Shown here: piece by piece, positions 29,780 to 39,682 of the stretch
How the letters are laid out: each line of letters starts with the position of its first letter
Numbering within the stretch: position 1 is the stretch's first letter
Source of the DNA: Thermoplasmatales archaeon
Lineage (GTDB): Archaea > Thermoplasmatota > Thermoplasmata > Thermoplasmatales > Thermoplasmataceae
Direction: 5' to 3'
Assembly (NCBI GenBank): GCA_027310185.1
Contig: DAIDBH010000018.1
Location: 1-64,000 of the forward strand
Length of the DNA: 64,000 nucleotides
Made by a program: the position numbers and the translations under genes
The notes under the pieces: generated by a model
Databases searched by the model: none
Told to the model about the DNA's origin: nothing
Seen by the model: only the letters and a program-made list of their open reading frames with translations

Positions 29780-32700
29780 ATATAAATCCCTCCAAACTAG
29801 CTAGCTTTTCCTGATATTTCTCTTCAAACCGACTCTTTGAAATTTCTTTCTTGATCGAACACACATAAAAATTAGCAAGAGTTCGACTAATAGTTTTACC
29901 CTGATCTTCCTTTTCTTCACAACCATTTAAATATAAACAATCAACACATCCATCAGGGCATTGAATTATGTGCTTAAAATCTGGATCATCTGCTAAATTT
30001 ATAAGTTTGTCCCCATCACCTTTTGAGATGGCACCGTTGTAATCTCTGCTTACTTCTTTCGCCTTTCTTTCACTTATTCTTCGCAATTTTAGATTATTTA
30101 TTCTATGATTTAATCCTGATTCGACCATACTGTTTGGTTCTCCCAGTTTGATGTCGATTTGATTGGTCCTACATGTGCTGAATCTTTCAAGTGATTTCAT
30201 AATCTCTGTAGGATCAATATTGATCTTTTCTATGAACGAGTCTATTATGCCTGTATCAGTGTCATTTTCCTCAAAAACGTAAATTGAATTTCCTTCAATT
30301 TTATATTTGAGAAATTCTGTGCTCACTCCAGAAACGAATGATACAGTTTGAAGGTATAGGTGAGCGACACTATGCACATATGAATATAAAATCTCTCCCT
30401 CGGTGAATTTTCGATATTTCTCTAAGAACTTTAGATTTTCTAAATCTATACTTTCGAGGGGTTTTATTCTAAACTCAAGAACCGGCATATTTTCTATCTT
30501 TTTTGCTAAATTAGGTTCAAACCTGAATTCACTTTTCCATCTTTTCTCTTTTTCTTCATCTTTGAAAGTTAAAAACACAGATTCCCCTTTAATAACATAT
30601 GTAATATTAGCAGTTGTCCTGTGTATACCGAAGCTATTACTCTCTTCGTTTTCCTTTTTGTCTAAATATATTTTGGAATTTGGTTCCGAGAAAATTTTGC
30701 TATTTTTTAGTTTTCCTCCGCACTTTGGACAATATCTTTCATGATGATCTCCTATATAGAAACAACGAATGCAGGCGTTAAATTCATTATCTTCATCATT
30801 AGTCATAGAAATGTCTCTTGTCTTTATTTCTAGAGGAACCATATAATATTTTTTAGGATCATTTCCATCATAAAATAGCCTTTCCATTCGTCCATCTAAT
30901 TCTACTGTTACTACGGTACGATCTGACTCAAAATGCCAATCTTTCAATGAATATTCGGTACTTACGTAGTATGCACGGTCATCTTTTACGATAGCTGGCA
31001 ATCTGTGAGGCATATATCTATTAATAAGATCGTGGATAGAAATTGATTCGAGTCTTCCGTCATTATGAGACAATAGAATACTCTCTCCCTTCCCAAAAAA
31101 GTTCTCAGGCACAATATATTTTGGGTATAAATCCATAAGGCTACTCTTATTCGCAGTTTCTTCTTCAGTTTTAACGGACAATGTATACAAGAACCAACTG
31201 TTGTATAGGTACTTTATAATACTCAAAGAGTCCCAAACATCATAGATTTTCTGCAACCATTTGAGACTTGAGATTTCTTTGCCCAAGGAGTACAATCTCT
31301 CTAAATCTTGGGAAATATTGTGTCCTTCTAAAGTTATTATCAAAGGAAGTATTTCATTTAAAATTCTTTCTGTATTTTTGTCTGGATTTAAATAGTAGTT
31401 TATGTCGACAATTATGTCGTTTAAGGGCTTTAATTGAATTCTTTCTATTTTGTTCTTTTCCTTAAATATTACTTCAATATTATTAAGATTCTTGAGAAAT
31501 TCGTGAAGTTTTTCATTAATTTTCTCGTCTAACTTGACTTCCAGAAGTCCAGTTATCCTCGATCTTATCGAATCAAAGGGAGACTCAGCGCCTGAAAAAC
31601 CATCTATTATACGCCTCTTTTCTTCTTCCCTTGATTTATATTGTTTTTCAATTATTCTACCGACTTCTTTTCGTTTATAACTTACGTCTAAAAGTCTTCC
31701 CGCAGTGTTGTCTTCTATAAATATTTTGAAATTTTCTGCTGTGTTATTTAAAAACGAATTAATTAAAGCTCCCGTCTCATCTTTATAGTCTCTATCCACA
31801 TACCTACCAGAGTTTAATTCAATAATAAAATTATTTTTGGCTTTATCCAATACGTTTCTTACCCACCTTGAATATGGGTTATCTGGATTCAAAGGGAGAA
31901 TATATTCTTCATCAAGCATTCTGTCAAGATTATTAAAATAAAATATATCTGTCGAATCCTGTCCTAAAACCATGTAAATCTTAGTGTTCTCTTGCTGTTC
32001 CCTACCAGCTCTCCCTTTCCTCTGAATAAAATTAAATATAGTGTATGGTGGCCTGTATTGAACTATAGTGGATATTTGTTTATCGTCTATGCCCAATTCC
32101 AGAGATGAAGTTGTAAAAACTATGTCGGTTTTGTTAATTTCATAAGTTGAATCTTCCGCCATAGATCTATCGACTTTCAAGACTGATGTTTTTGGTTTCA
32201 TTCCGTTTTGAAAAATAGCTTTTGTAAGTCCAAACCAGCATTCTCCTTCTTTATAAGGTCCAGAAACTTTACAGGACTGAAGATTGCAATTTTTTTCCGA
32301 TCCAACTGGGCATTTATAATCAACAAATTCAGAACTTAAAAATTCTTCTTTGTTGAGCCTAAAATTATATAATTTTTTGTTCCCATCTGCATCCTTAAAA
32401 TTTTTCTCCTGCCTTATCAAGTTATCCCGTGAATCGAAGAATGCCAAAAGTCTTTCCTTTCCATTGAGATTTACGGAGTGACCGAGAAGCATAAGCAGTT
32501 GAATAAGAGTAGATGCTGAGGTACTCCTATTTCTCACTTTCTTAGATTTTATTAAGAAATACTCCTCAATTGGAACTGTTGTTTCCTCATTTTTATTTAA
32601 GTCCATTTCTGACGGCCTAATTTCTAATATGTTATTTTCTCCAGTTAATTTTTTTGCAAAATTGACTGAATTAGGTAAGGTGGCGCTAGAAATAACAAAC

Positions 32701-33686
32701 TTTAATTTCGGATTTTCTCTTTTAAATTCTCTAAGGAAAGCAGAAAGATGAGATCCATAGACCTGGTAGTAAATGTGTGCCTCGTCAAATACTATTGCAG
32801 AGGTTTTTCTTAATATTTCTTCAAAATCCGGTCTAAAAGAGATTGAATTTAATGACTCAAAAGTAGTAATTATAATATTAGGCTTCTCTTTAAGAATTCT
32901 ATCTTTCGATACATAGATTTTTAAGTTCTCTACCCCGCAACTCTTATTTGAACATTTGAAATCATTGATTTTCTCGTTATAATATATCCCCATTATAGAA
33001 CCATTATTACATATTGGGCACTTTCGTTCCTTAAAGATAACCCAAACCTGCTCTTTTATTTCCTTTTTTTCGAACAGATTATTATTATATTTAAAAGTGT
33101 GTTCATCTATAGACCCAATACCTCCGAATAAAATACCAACACTCAAATCCCTATAACCAGAATTTTTAGCATAAAATATGTTTTTAATAAGTCCAAATAA
33201 CTGATCGATAGCTAGAGCAATTCTAGGATATACCAGAATAGAGTGTGAGTTTCTTTCCATTGAATCCCATAGAGAAGGCAACAAAAACACATTTGTTTTT
33301 CCAGACCCTGTCGGTGCTTGTAAAATGACAACTCTATGCGAATCGTCTCCACTGATCATTTCTTTTATTTTCTTTAAACCATTTATCTGAAAGTCCGAAA
33401 ACGTGTAGTCGCTTAAACCAGGCCCATCAACTAATACGGATTTTAAAAATTCATAGAACTTCTTATCATAGCCCTTTAGTTCATCTATAGGTACATGCCT
33501 ATAAGTGGTAAGTTTTACCCTTGCAAATGTTTTCGTTTCATCGACAAGTTCTTTCCCCTTTTCTCCAGGTTCCATCCTTCTCTTAAGTTTAGTTATTATT
33601 TTTGCTAAATCTTCCTTGTTCCCTAATAAGTCCTCAGATTCATTTGCGTATATTATATCCATTTTTGATATTTTTTCGCTACTCAT
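29739..33686 (-). CDS. Large DEAH-box helicase with Zn motifs and DUF1998-like C-terminus (DpdJ/DrmAB-like)
   Basis: APTGSGKT, YPRIALAIDQ, DEAH, SAT, TSSLELGID, QRKGRAGR; CPIC/C..SC, CIRC/CPKC; HSVAH...CPDGCVDCL. Confidence 0.88.
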   Translation of the reverse strand: MSSEKISKMDIIYANESEDLLGNKEDLAKIITKLKRRMEPGEKGKELVDETKTFARVKLTTYRHVPIDELKGYDKKFYEFLKSVLVDGPGLSDYTFSDFQINGLKKIKEMISGDDSHRVVILQAPTGSGKTNVFLLPSLWDSMERNSHSILVYPRIALAIDQLFGLIKNIFYAKNSGYRDLSVGILFGGIGSIDEHTFKYNNNLFEKKEIKEQVWVIFKERKCPICNNGSIMGIYYNEKINDFKCSNKSCGVENLKIYVSKDRILKEKPNIIITTFESLNSISFRPDFEEILRKTSAIVFDEAHIYYQVYGSHLSAFLREFKRENPKLKFVISSATLPNSVNFAKKLTGENNILEIRPSEMDLNKNEETTVPIEEYFLIKSKKVRNRSTSASTLIQLLMLLGHSVNLNGKERLLAFFDSRDNLIRQEKNFKDADGNKKLYNFRLNKEEFLSSEFVDYKCPVGSEKNCNLQSCKVSGPYKEGECWFGLTKAIFQNGMKPKTSVLKVDRSMAEDSTYEINKTDIVFTTSSLELGIDDKQISTIVQYRPPYTIFNFIQRKGRAGREQQENTKIYMVLGQDSTDIFYFNNLDRMLDEEYILPLNPDNPYSRWVRNVLDKAKNNFIIELNSGRYVDRDYKDETGALINSFLNNTAENFKIFIEDNTAGRLLDVSYKRKEVGRIIEKQYKSREEEKRRIIDGFSGAESPFDSIRSRITGLLEVKLDEKINEKLHEFLKNLNNIEVIFKEKNKIERIQLKPLNDIIVDINYYLNPDKNTERILNEILPLIITLEGHNISQDLERLYSLGKEISSLKWLQKIYDVWDSLSIIKYLYNSWFLYTLSVKTEEETANKSSLMDLYPKYIVPENFFGKGESILLSHNDGRLESISIHDLINRYMPHRLPAIVKDDRAYYVSTEYSLKDWHFESDRTVVTVELDGRMERLFYDGNDPKKYYMVPLEIKTRDISMTNDEDNEFNACIRCFYIGDHHERYCPKCGGKLKNSKIFSEPNSKIYLDKKENEESNSFGIHRTTANITYVIKGESVFLTFKDEEKEKRWKSEFRFEPNLAKKIENMPVLEFRIKPLESIDLENLKFLEKYRKFTEGEILYSYVHSVAHLYLQTVSFVSGVSTEFLKYKIEGNSIYVFEENDTDTGIIDSFIEKINIDPTEIMKSLERFSTCRTNQIDIKLGEPNSMVESGLNHRINNLKLRRISERKAKEVSRDYNGAISKGDGDKLINLADDPDFKHIIQCPDGCVDCLYLNGCEEKEDQGKTISRTLANFYVCSIKKEISKSRFEEKYQEKLASLEGFIYEDKDQSVIWVEL

Positions 33687-34197
33687 TTGAAATCATCTTC
33701 TTCAATTCCTCGATCTTCGCTCCAATCTCCTTCCCCTTCTCGGTCAGTTCGATCCTGCTCTCCTGCGGGTACTTGGAGCAGTCTATCTCCTGCCTCACAA
33801 CTTTCATTCTTTCCAGACGTCTTAAAATTTCAGTTGATCCTGGGAGTTTATCATTGATCTCCTTCAAGTTCATTGGTCCGTTCCTGAACAGGTGCAGTAT
33901 GAATGCACAACGGTCGGTTGCTATGAACTCCTTCCCATTAGAAATTGTTTTTAACAATTGCATTTCATTTGAATCCTTCGGATACTCGGGTTGAAGATTT
34001 AAAGTTTTATCTTTCTCATTATCCATTTCCTTATCAATATCCCACGACATTATCCCCGGTGAAACCATTGTCGAAATGTAAAAACTACTCGCGTACCTAT
34101 TAATATAAGTCAAAGTTGACCTGTTATCATATCTTATTTCATTGAAAACTCTTGCACAACTGTCATATTGACATGTTTTTGAAAGAGTATCAATCAT
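33679..34197 (-). CDS. HxlR-type winged-helix regulator with unknown N-terminal region
   Basis: C-terminal GPMNLKEI...LRRLE...YPQESRIELTEKG; 8-bp overlap with helicase start. Confidence 0.7.
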   Translation of the reverse strand: MIDTLSKTCQYDSCARVFNEIRYDNRSTLTYINRYASSFYISTMVSPGIMSWDIDKEMDNEKDKTLNLQPEYPKDSNEMQLLKTISNGKEFIATDRCAFILHLFRNGPMNLKEINDKLPGSTEILRRLERMKVVRQEIDCSKYPQESRIELTEKGKEIGAKIEELKKMISNE

Positions 34198-34410
34198 ATA
34201 AAAGATAATATCTATACGTTAATAATATTATTCATTTTCAAGAAGCTAAAGGTTATCATTGAAGCAAGCTTGTGATTTACTAATCCTTCAATTGGAAAAT
34301 GCCAAAACAGTCAGTACATAACAGACATAATTTTGTAAAGAATTACAAAATCAAAAACTATTCAATTTATGTATATATCAAACCTAAAAAATCACGTTGT
34401 AATAAGAAAA

Positions 34411-35199
34411 TCACAAACTCTCAAAAACAACAGTTGTAAGAGAAGCAGCATTGAATTCAATTTCACTAGAAAGGATTCTTGAACTGAATTTCTCACCAAC
34501 TGCACCCTGGATGAATCTCAGTGGAAGATTGTATCCCTCTGGCGATGCAGCCTTTACTATGTCAGGAGGAGCATTCCATATCATATCCCAGTCGCCATTA
34601 TTGAATGCTGAAATACACAGATCAAGATATTCCATTGCCTTTGGAGGCGTCTCTCCACTTCCATGCTGGAACAGGTCCAGCCTGTGGATCAGTGATCCTG
34701 TTGAGAGAACGCAAAGACTCTTTTTTATGGAAGAGGATCTCATCAGCCTGCCCAACTGCACATGGGCATCCGGACCAATCTCAGGACATATTGATAGTGG
34801 CACTACAGGCACATCAACATCCCTGAAGACATGAACAAGGGGAGACCATGCACCATGATCAAGGCCCCAGTTCCTGACTGACCCAATCCTTATTCTATTC
34901 TCATTTCCAATATTCATGATCTGCTGTGCAAGTTCCGGATCACCAGGTGCCTCATATTTAACACTGTAGAATTCCTGAGGAAAACCATAGAAATCAAAAA
35001 TCTGCTTCAGCTTTTGATCAGAAACTATCCCGAATGAACCTGAGGTCTGGAAATGTGGAGTCACTATGACAACTGCATCTGTGCTGTCCCTGATCTCTTC
35101 ACCCAAATGCCTGAGTGCTGATACTGTCTTTTCATGCTTCACACCGATATCTCCAATAAGCGTAGGTGTATTGGGCAGGAAGGCAACCGTACTGATCAT
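34411..35199 (-). CDS. Extradiol ring-cleavage dioxygenase, LigB/DODA family
   Basis: TPH, DFYGFP, Y.APGDPELA, GLDHGAW, STGSLIH. Confidence 0.88.
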   Translation of the reverse strand: MISTVAFLPNTPTLIGDIGVKHEKTVSALRHLGEEIRDSTDAVVIVTPHFQTSGSFGIVSDQKLKQIFDFYGFPQEFYSVKYEAPGDPELAQQIMNIGNENRIRIGSVRNWGLDHGAWSPLVHVFRDVDVPVVPLSICPEIGPDAHVQLGRLMRSSSIKKSLCVLSTGSLIHRLDLFQHGSGETPPKAMEYLDLCISAFNNGDWDMIWNAPPDIVKAASPEGYNLPLRFIQGAVGEKFSSRILSSEIEFNAASLTTVVFESL

Positions 35200-35417
35200 A
35201 GCCTTTCAGGCAAGAAATAGTAATAGATTTTGTTATTTTCATGCATCATGGATACCAGATTTACTTTACTTTCAATGAGTACAAATAAAAGATTGCAAAA
35301 TAAGTCTTATTGTAATTCTCTGGAAAAAAACTTTGTAAAAAATACTGTCTGAACCATGTGATTCCAAACATTGAATCATGTCATGGTTTCATCTAAAGAA
35401 AGATCATGATGTCAAGT

Positions 35418-35690
35418 CTAGCAGCATGAACCTTCTTTCCCTGATTCCAGCCTCGGTTCCTCGTTTCTCACTTCCTCCAGCCCAAGATCAGAGGTATCCG
35501 GCAGTTTTCCTGTGACTTCCTTTGAAAACAGCAGTTCCCCATCCCTGAATATCTCAAAGGAACCTGTTTTCCCTGGCTGTATCCTTATGCTCAATTCCTC
35601 ATTGTGGGAATTTGCTGCAAGCAGTTTTGATGACAGTTCCATGGCAAGTGGCAGATAACATCCAACGCAGAATTTCATTTCATATTCCAT
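35418..35690 (-). CDS. Rdx (SelW/SelT/SelH-like) redox protein
   Basis: FCVGC...GSFEI..DGELLFSK..G.LP. Confidence 0.85.
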   Translation of the reverse strand: MEYEMKFCVGCYLPLAMELSSKLLAANSHNEELSIRIQPGKTGSFEIFRDGELLFSKEVTGKLPDTSDLGLEEVRNEEPRLESGKEGSCC

Positions 35691-35718
35691 TTTTTCACCT
35701 TTATGACGAATCTATTAA

Positions 35719-36135
35719 ATGTATAATAACTATGAAGTTCGAAGTAATGGAGTTGATACAGTGAACGATAGTAATGAAAAATACTGCACATGTTCCCTGA
35801 ACGGGATCATGGATATACTGGGGAAGAAGTGGGTGATCTTTGTCCTGAACAGCATTGGCAATCATGGGACAGCCAGGTTCAACGGGCTGTACAGGGAGAT
35901 GAAGGGGGTATCACCATCCACCCTTTCAACAATCCTCAGGGAACTGGCAGAGAGGAACATAATAGGAAAGAGGATTTTTGCAGAAGTCCCTCCAAGGGTT
36001 GAATATTCACTGACAGAAACAGGGATGGAACTGAGGCAATCGATCATCCCTCTTTTGAGATGGGCTGCAAAGTATGACACAGAAACACGTCCAAATGACT
36101 GCTGCGATGATAACCAGTATATATTCATAATATAG
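35719..36135 (+). CDS. HxlR family transcriptional regulator
   Basis: ILGKKW, RFN.L, LSTILREL, EVPPRVEYSLT. Confidence 0.92.
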   Translation: MYNNYEVRSNGVDTVNDSNEKYCTCSLNGIMDILGKKWVIFVLNSIGNHGTARFNGLYREMKGVSPSTLSTILRELAERNIIGKRIFAEVPPRVEYSLTETGMELRQSIIPLLRWAAKYDTETRPNDCCDDNQYIFII

Positions 36136-36162
36136 GGAACTGTCACTGAAAGAAGAAATACC

Positions 36163-36801
36163 CTATTTTTTCCTGCTGTTTCTTAGTGACTTGAGGAGAT
36201 ATGCCGGAATGGCCATCACAAGAACCATGTTCGTTTCGTCTTCGTGTTTGTCTTTCGAATCCTCCTTCTTGAAATTCTCAGGGTTATCAATATAATTCAT
36301 GAATGGCTTTAGCTGCTCCACAACCCTTGAATAGGAGCTATCTGAAAGTGAACTGAATGAAAGACTCAACTGGCTGTGTGTACCATCTTCCACAGCCCTC
36401 TTCATGTCCTCATCCGGGACATTCATGATTTCCTGTGCTATGACTTTCAGGTTCAGCGACTGGGACAGGAGGAACGTTGCCATGAGGTTTCTCAACCTGT
36501 CCGGAGACATCTTCTTGAACTCCTCATTCATCTCACCTGCCTTTTTCTCATTGAATGCCTCATCATTGAGGGAGTAATACTTCTCCACATAGTTCTTCCG
36601 CACCACAACATCGGGAGGATTCACGAATCCCTGTTCCTGGAGATCAGAGATCGCCTGGTAGAGATTTGACCTGCTTGTTTTTATATGCTCTGAAATCTGC
36701 GTAACCGTCATTTTTCCTCCTATGGCCAGAAGTGCTATGATGTGGCTCTTTGTCTGGCTTGACATGACGTCAAAGAGTTTTTCCAGTCTATCCTGGGGCA
36801 T
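36163..36801 (-). CDS. Winged-helix (ArsR/TrmB-like) transcriptional regulator
   Basis: MTVTQISEHIKTSRSNLYQAISDL...EKYYSL; divergent from an MFS gene. Confidence 0.8.
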   Translation of the reverse strand: MPQDRLEKLFDVMSSQTKSHIIALLAIGGKMTVTQISEHIKTSRSNLYQAISDLQEQGFVNPPDVVVRKNYVEKYYSLNDEAFNEKKAGEMNEEFKKMSPDRLRNLMATFLLSQSLNLKVIAQEIMNVPDEDMKRAVEDGTHSQLSLSFSSLSDSSYSRVVEQLKPFMNYIDNPENFKKEDSKDKHEDETNMVLVMAIPAYLLKSLRNSRKK

Positions 36802-36851
36802 GTCCTAAGATTTATATATAAGATATAAATCTACGTATAAGGTAAACTTAT

Positions 36852-38087
36852 ATGAATAATCAAAGTATACACGAATCTAACCAGTGGAATAAATTCCTGA
36901 TGTATCTCATGGGGAGGAATATCATCAGAGTTGCCTATTTCATATTCAACATATTCTTCGTGTGGAGGACAATAGTTGCATACAATTCTGTCTTCCTTGC
37001 TGGACTGATTCCTGCATTCTCACTGCTGGGCTACCTGATCATTGTCATACCGGAAGGCCACATCCTGGACAGGCACAACAGGGGAACAGTATTCAGGATC
37101 ACATCATTCCTTCTGGCATTCACATACCTGATCCTTGTTTACAGCGATTCCCTTGCAATTGTGTATGCTGTAGCACTTGTATCATCCATACTCTCATCAG
37201 TAAATTCAGATGCATTCAACACAATACTCAAGGAGACCGTGAAGGAGGAAAAGATCCAGCATGCAGTATCCCTGAGCCAGGGGACAAACGCAATCTCGGA
37301 GCTGACAGGCATCATTGCCGGCGGAATACTCCTCTACCTTCCCTTTGAGTTCCTTGCCATAACACTCTTTTCACTCCCTGTCATATCCATCATCTTCGGC
37401 CTCAGCAGGACGCTGAACAGGTCAGGCATGGTGGATAAATATGGCTTCCGGGGTGCATACCGCATAATTCTTGTTCTTGTTCCATTCCTCATGCTGTCAC
37501 TTCTACTCAATGGCCTGTTCATATCGCTGGATGTATTCGGTTCCGGCCTGATACACATAATACTTCACGGTTCACCCTTCGATTACTCACTTTTTGTTGC
37601 AGCATTTCCCGTCGGTCTTATTATTGGATCTCTTTTCACGGGCAAGCTTTCCTCCATAATATCAAGAACAGGCACAATATCCATCCTCCTTGTTCCACTG
37701 GGAATAGTGCTACTTCTCATTGCAATTTCACGGATCATCTATGTGGACATAGCCCTGGGAATAGTTCTTGGAATAATTGTGATCCTTGTAAACATAGGCC
37801 TGCAGACCATATTCATGAAGGCAATACCTGACGGTGTCATGGGCAGGGTCAACTCATTGGTTACCATCTTTTCCATAGGTGGATCGCCACTCATGGCTGC
37901 AGCTTTCAGCATACTATCAAATTACTTCTACTTCCCATACATCATGGCTGCTGCAGGCATATGTGCAGTTGCAGTTTCACTTCCAGCTTTCAGCATCCTG
38001 AAAAATTTGCCTGAGAAGGTGGCAGGCATTTCAAGAATAATAGAAAAGGAAGGTGAGGCAGGGATAAGTGAGCAGGAATCAGGATAA
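36852..38087 (+). CDS. MFS transporter
   Basis: About 12 hydrophobic segments; GHILDRHNR motif A; MGRVNS. Confidence 0.88.
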   Translation: MNNQSIHESNQWNKFLMYLMGRNIIRVAYFIFNIFFVWRTIVAYNSVFLAGLIPAFSLLGYLIIVIPEGHILDRHNRGTVFRITSFLLAFTYLILVYSDSLAIVYAVALVSSILSSVNSDAFNTILKETVKEEKIQHAVSLSQGTNAISELTGIIAGGILLYLPFEFLAITLFSLPVISIIFGLSRTLNRSGMVDKYGFRGAYRIILVLVPFLMLSLLLNGLFISLDVFGSGLIHIILHGSPFDYSLFVAAFPVGLIIGSLFTGKLSSIISRTGTISILLVPLGIVLLLIAISRIIYVDIALGIVLGIIVILVNIGLQTIFMKAIPDGVMGRVNSLVTIFSIGGSPLMAAAFSILSNYFYFPYIMAAAGICAVAVSLPAFSILKNLPEKVAGISRIIEKEGEAGISEQESG

Positions 38088-38227
38088 AGTTACAATTTTC
38101 TGTACATCCGGTCATTGCTGGTTATTTAAACTCCAGGGAAATATACACATCCCTTCCTGGATCAGTGGCTGCATCTTTCACAATCAAATACTGGAACATG
38201 GTTGTTTCCTGTTAATGAGACTAAACA

Positions 38228-39436
38228 TCAGAATGAAGTTTTAGTCATTGACCTACCAGAGACAATGATAACAATTGAAACAGGAACTACAAGTAATATG
38301 GAAATAAATGCGGTGAAACCCAATCCATAATGAATAATAAGAAAAGGAATGATCAGGACACCAGCCGCTGTAGAAATTCCCCTGAACGTGTAGAGTGAAG
38401 ATGCAGTTCTTCCAAGAAGGTCCTTCCGAACAGAACCCTGAAGATATACATTGAAGAGCATGATGCAAAAATCAAAGAATATACCAGAGGCAACCCAGAT
38501 AGGTATTTCCGCAAATGGATCAACAAACAGGTATGCAGAAACCATCAACAAAATTGTATATGCCATTGCTGAAAAAACAATGCCATACCCGATCCTTTTC
38601 CTCATATTAAGCAGTCCAGAAAACGGTCCTGCAACACTGCCACCCACCATGAAAGATGCATAAAGGATAATGTACCATGAAGAGCCTGATGTGCCCTGCA
38701 GTATAAAGACGGCTGGAGCAAGCCCGAAAAAAGATATCATTGAGAGGTAGATGGCGGTCATAATCAGTGGTTTATGATTAGAAGCAAGATATTTCCAGCT
38801 TGCGAGAAACCCCTTGCTCTCTGTCTTTACAGAATCAACCATGACAAGTGGAATGAATATGCTTACCATGGATGCTGCAGTCATTGCAGCAGAATACAGG
38901 ACTATTGAATCAAAATCTCCAAGAAATATTATGATAACACCTGCCAGAGCAAAGCCCCCAACAGCGTGCGCCCCTGAGATCAGATGGGCATAACCATTCG
39001 CCTTGAAAAATTCTGACTTGCTGACAAGGAAAGGAAGTACCGTATGCCCTGCTGTCCACGCAAAGTTGTCGGATATGGCTATGGCGACTATCACTCCTAT
39101 AAGAATTTCAGGAGTAAGGGATTTCATATACACCATAATCGCCAGAAACATTGAGAATGCTGCGATTGACAAATAGGAAAGTACAAAAATAGTTCTCTTG
39201 TTCCGCACCCTGTCCACAACAGGACCTGTCATGAAAACGAGTGAATATATTCCATACTGGGCAAAAAGGGCTACCCCCACAAAAACAAGGCTTCCAGAAT
39301 AGACATATGAGAATACTGGTATGAAAATGGAATAAATGCTGAAGGCAAGGCTTTTCAATGCAACCTTCAAAAGATAGAGATGAAATCTCCTATTCTTTCT
39401 CAGTGTTAATTTTGCATCATCTTCCATGTAATCCAC
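38228..39436 (-). CDS. MFS transporter
   Basis: About 12 hydrophobic segments; GPVVDRVRNKR; LLGR. Confidence 0.88.
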   Translation of the reverse strand: MDYMEDDAKLTLRKNRRFHLYLLKVALKSLAFSIYSIFIPVFSYVYSGSLVFVGVALFAQYGIYSLVFMTGPVVDRVRNKRTIFVLSYLSIAAFSMFLAIMVYMKSLTPEILIGVIVAIAISDNFAWTAGHTVLPFLVSKSEFFKANGYAHLISGAHAVGGFALAGVIIIFLGDFDSIVLYSAAMTAASMVSIFIPLVMVDSVKTESKGFLASWKYLASNHKPLIMTAIYLSMISFFGLAPAVFILQGTSGSSWYIILYASFMVGGSVAGPFSGLLNMRKRIGYGIVFSAMAYTILLMVSAYLFVDPFAEIPIWVASGIFFDFCIMLFNVYLQGSVRKDLLGRTASSLYTFRGISTAAGVLIIPFLIIHYGLGFTAFISILLVVPVSIVIIVSGRSMTKTSF

Positions 39437-39682
39437 ATTAATCCATTCCCGTAACTGTAATCACTGGAATACCTGAATCCCTTATAAGTTTACAAGGTTA
39501 CTTTCCAGCCTGTTCTTTGTAAATGGTATCATAAGCTCCAAACATCTGGGTTTGCAGGAATCATGGTCATAAATAAAACTTGAAACATTCATGATGAAGA
39601 AATGTTCCCCATTATATCCAACCATGGATGCCATCCAAACTGTAAGGTCACCTTCTTAAGTACCATGACTCAATATTAACAC

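Noticed and set aside
29321-33686. Canonical DISARM system
   Set aside because: Helicase/DUF1998-like and PLD parts fit, but there is no DNA methyltransferase or SNF2/DrmE gene; a transglycosylase is present instead
35418-35690. Selenoprotein recoding in the Rdx-family gene
   Set aside because: Motif is CxxC with no in-frame TGA
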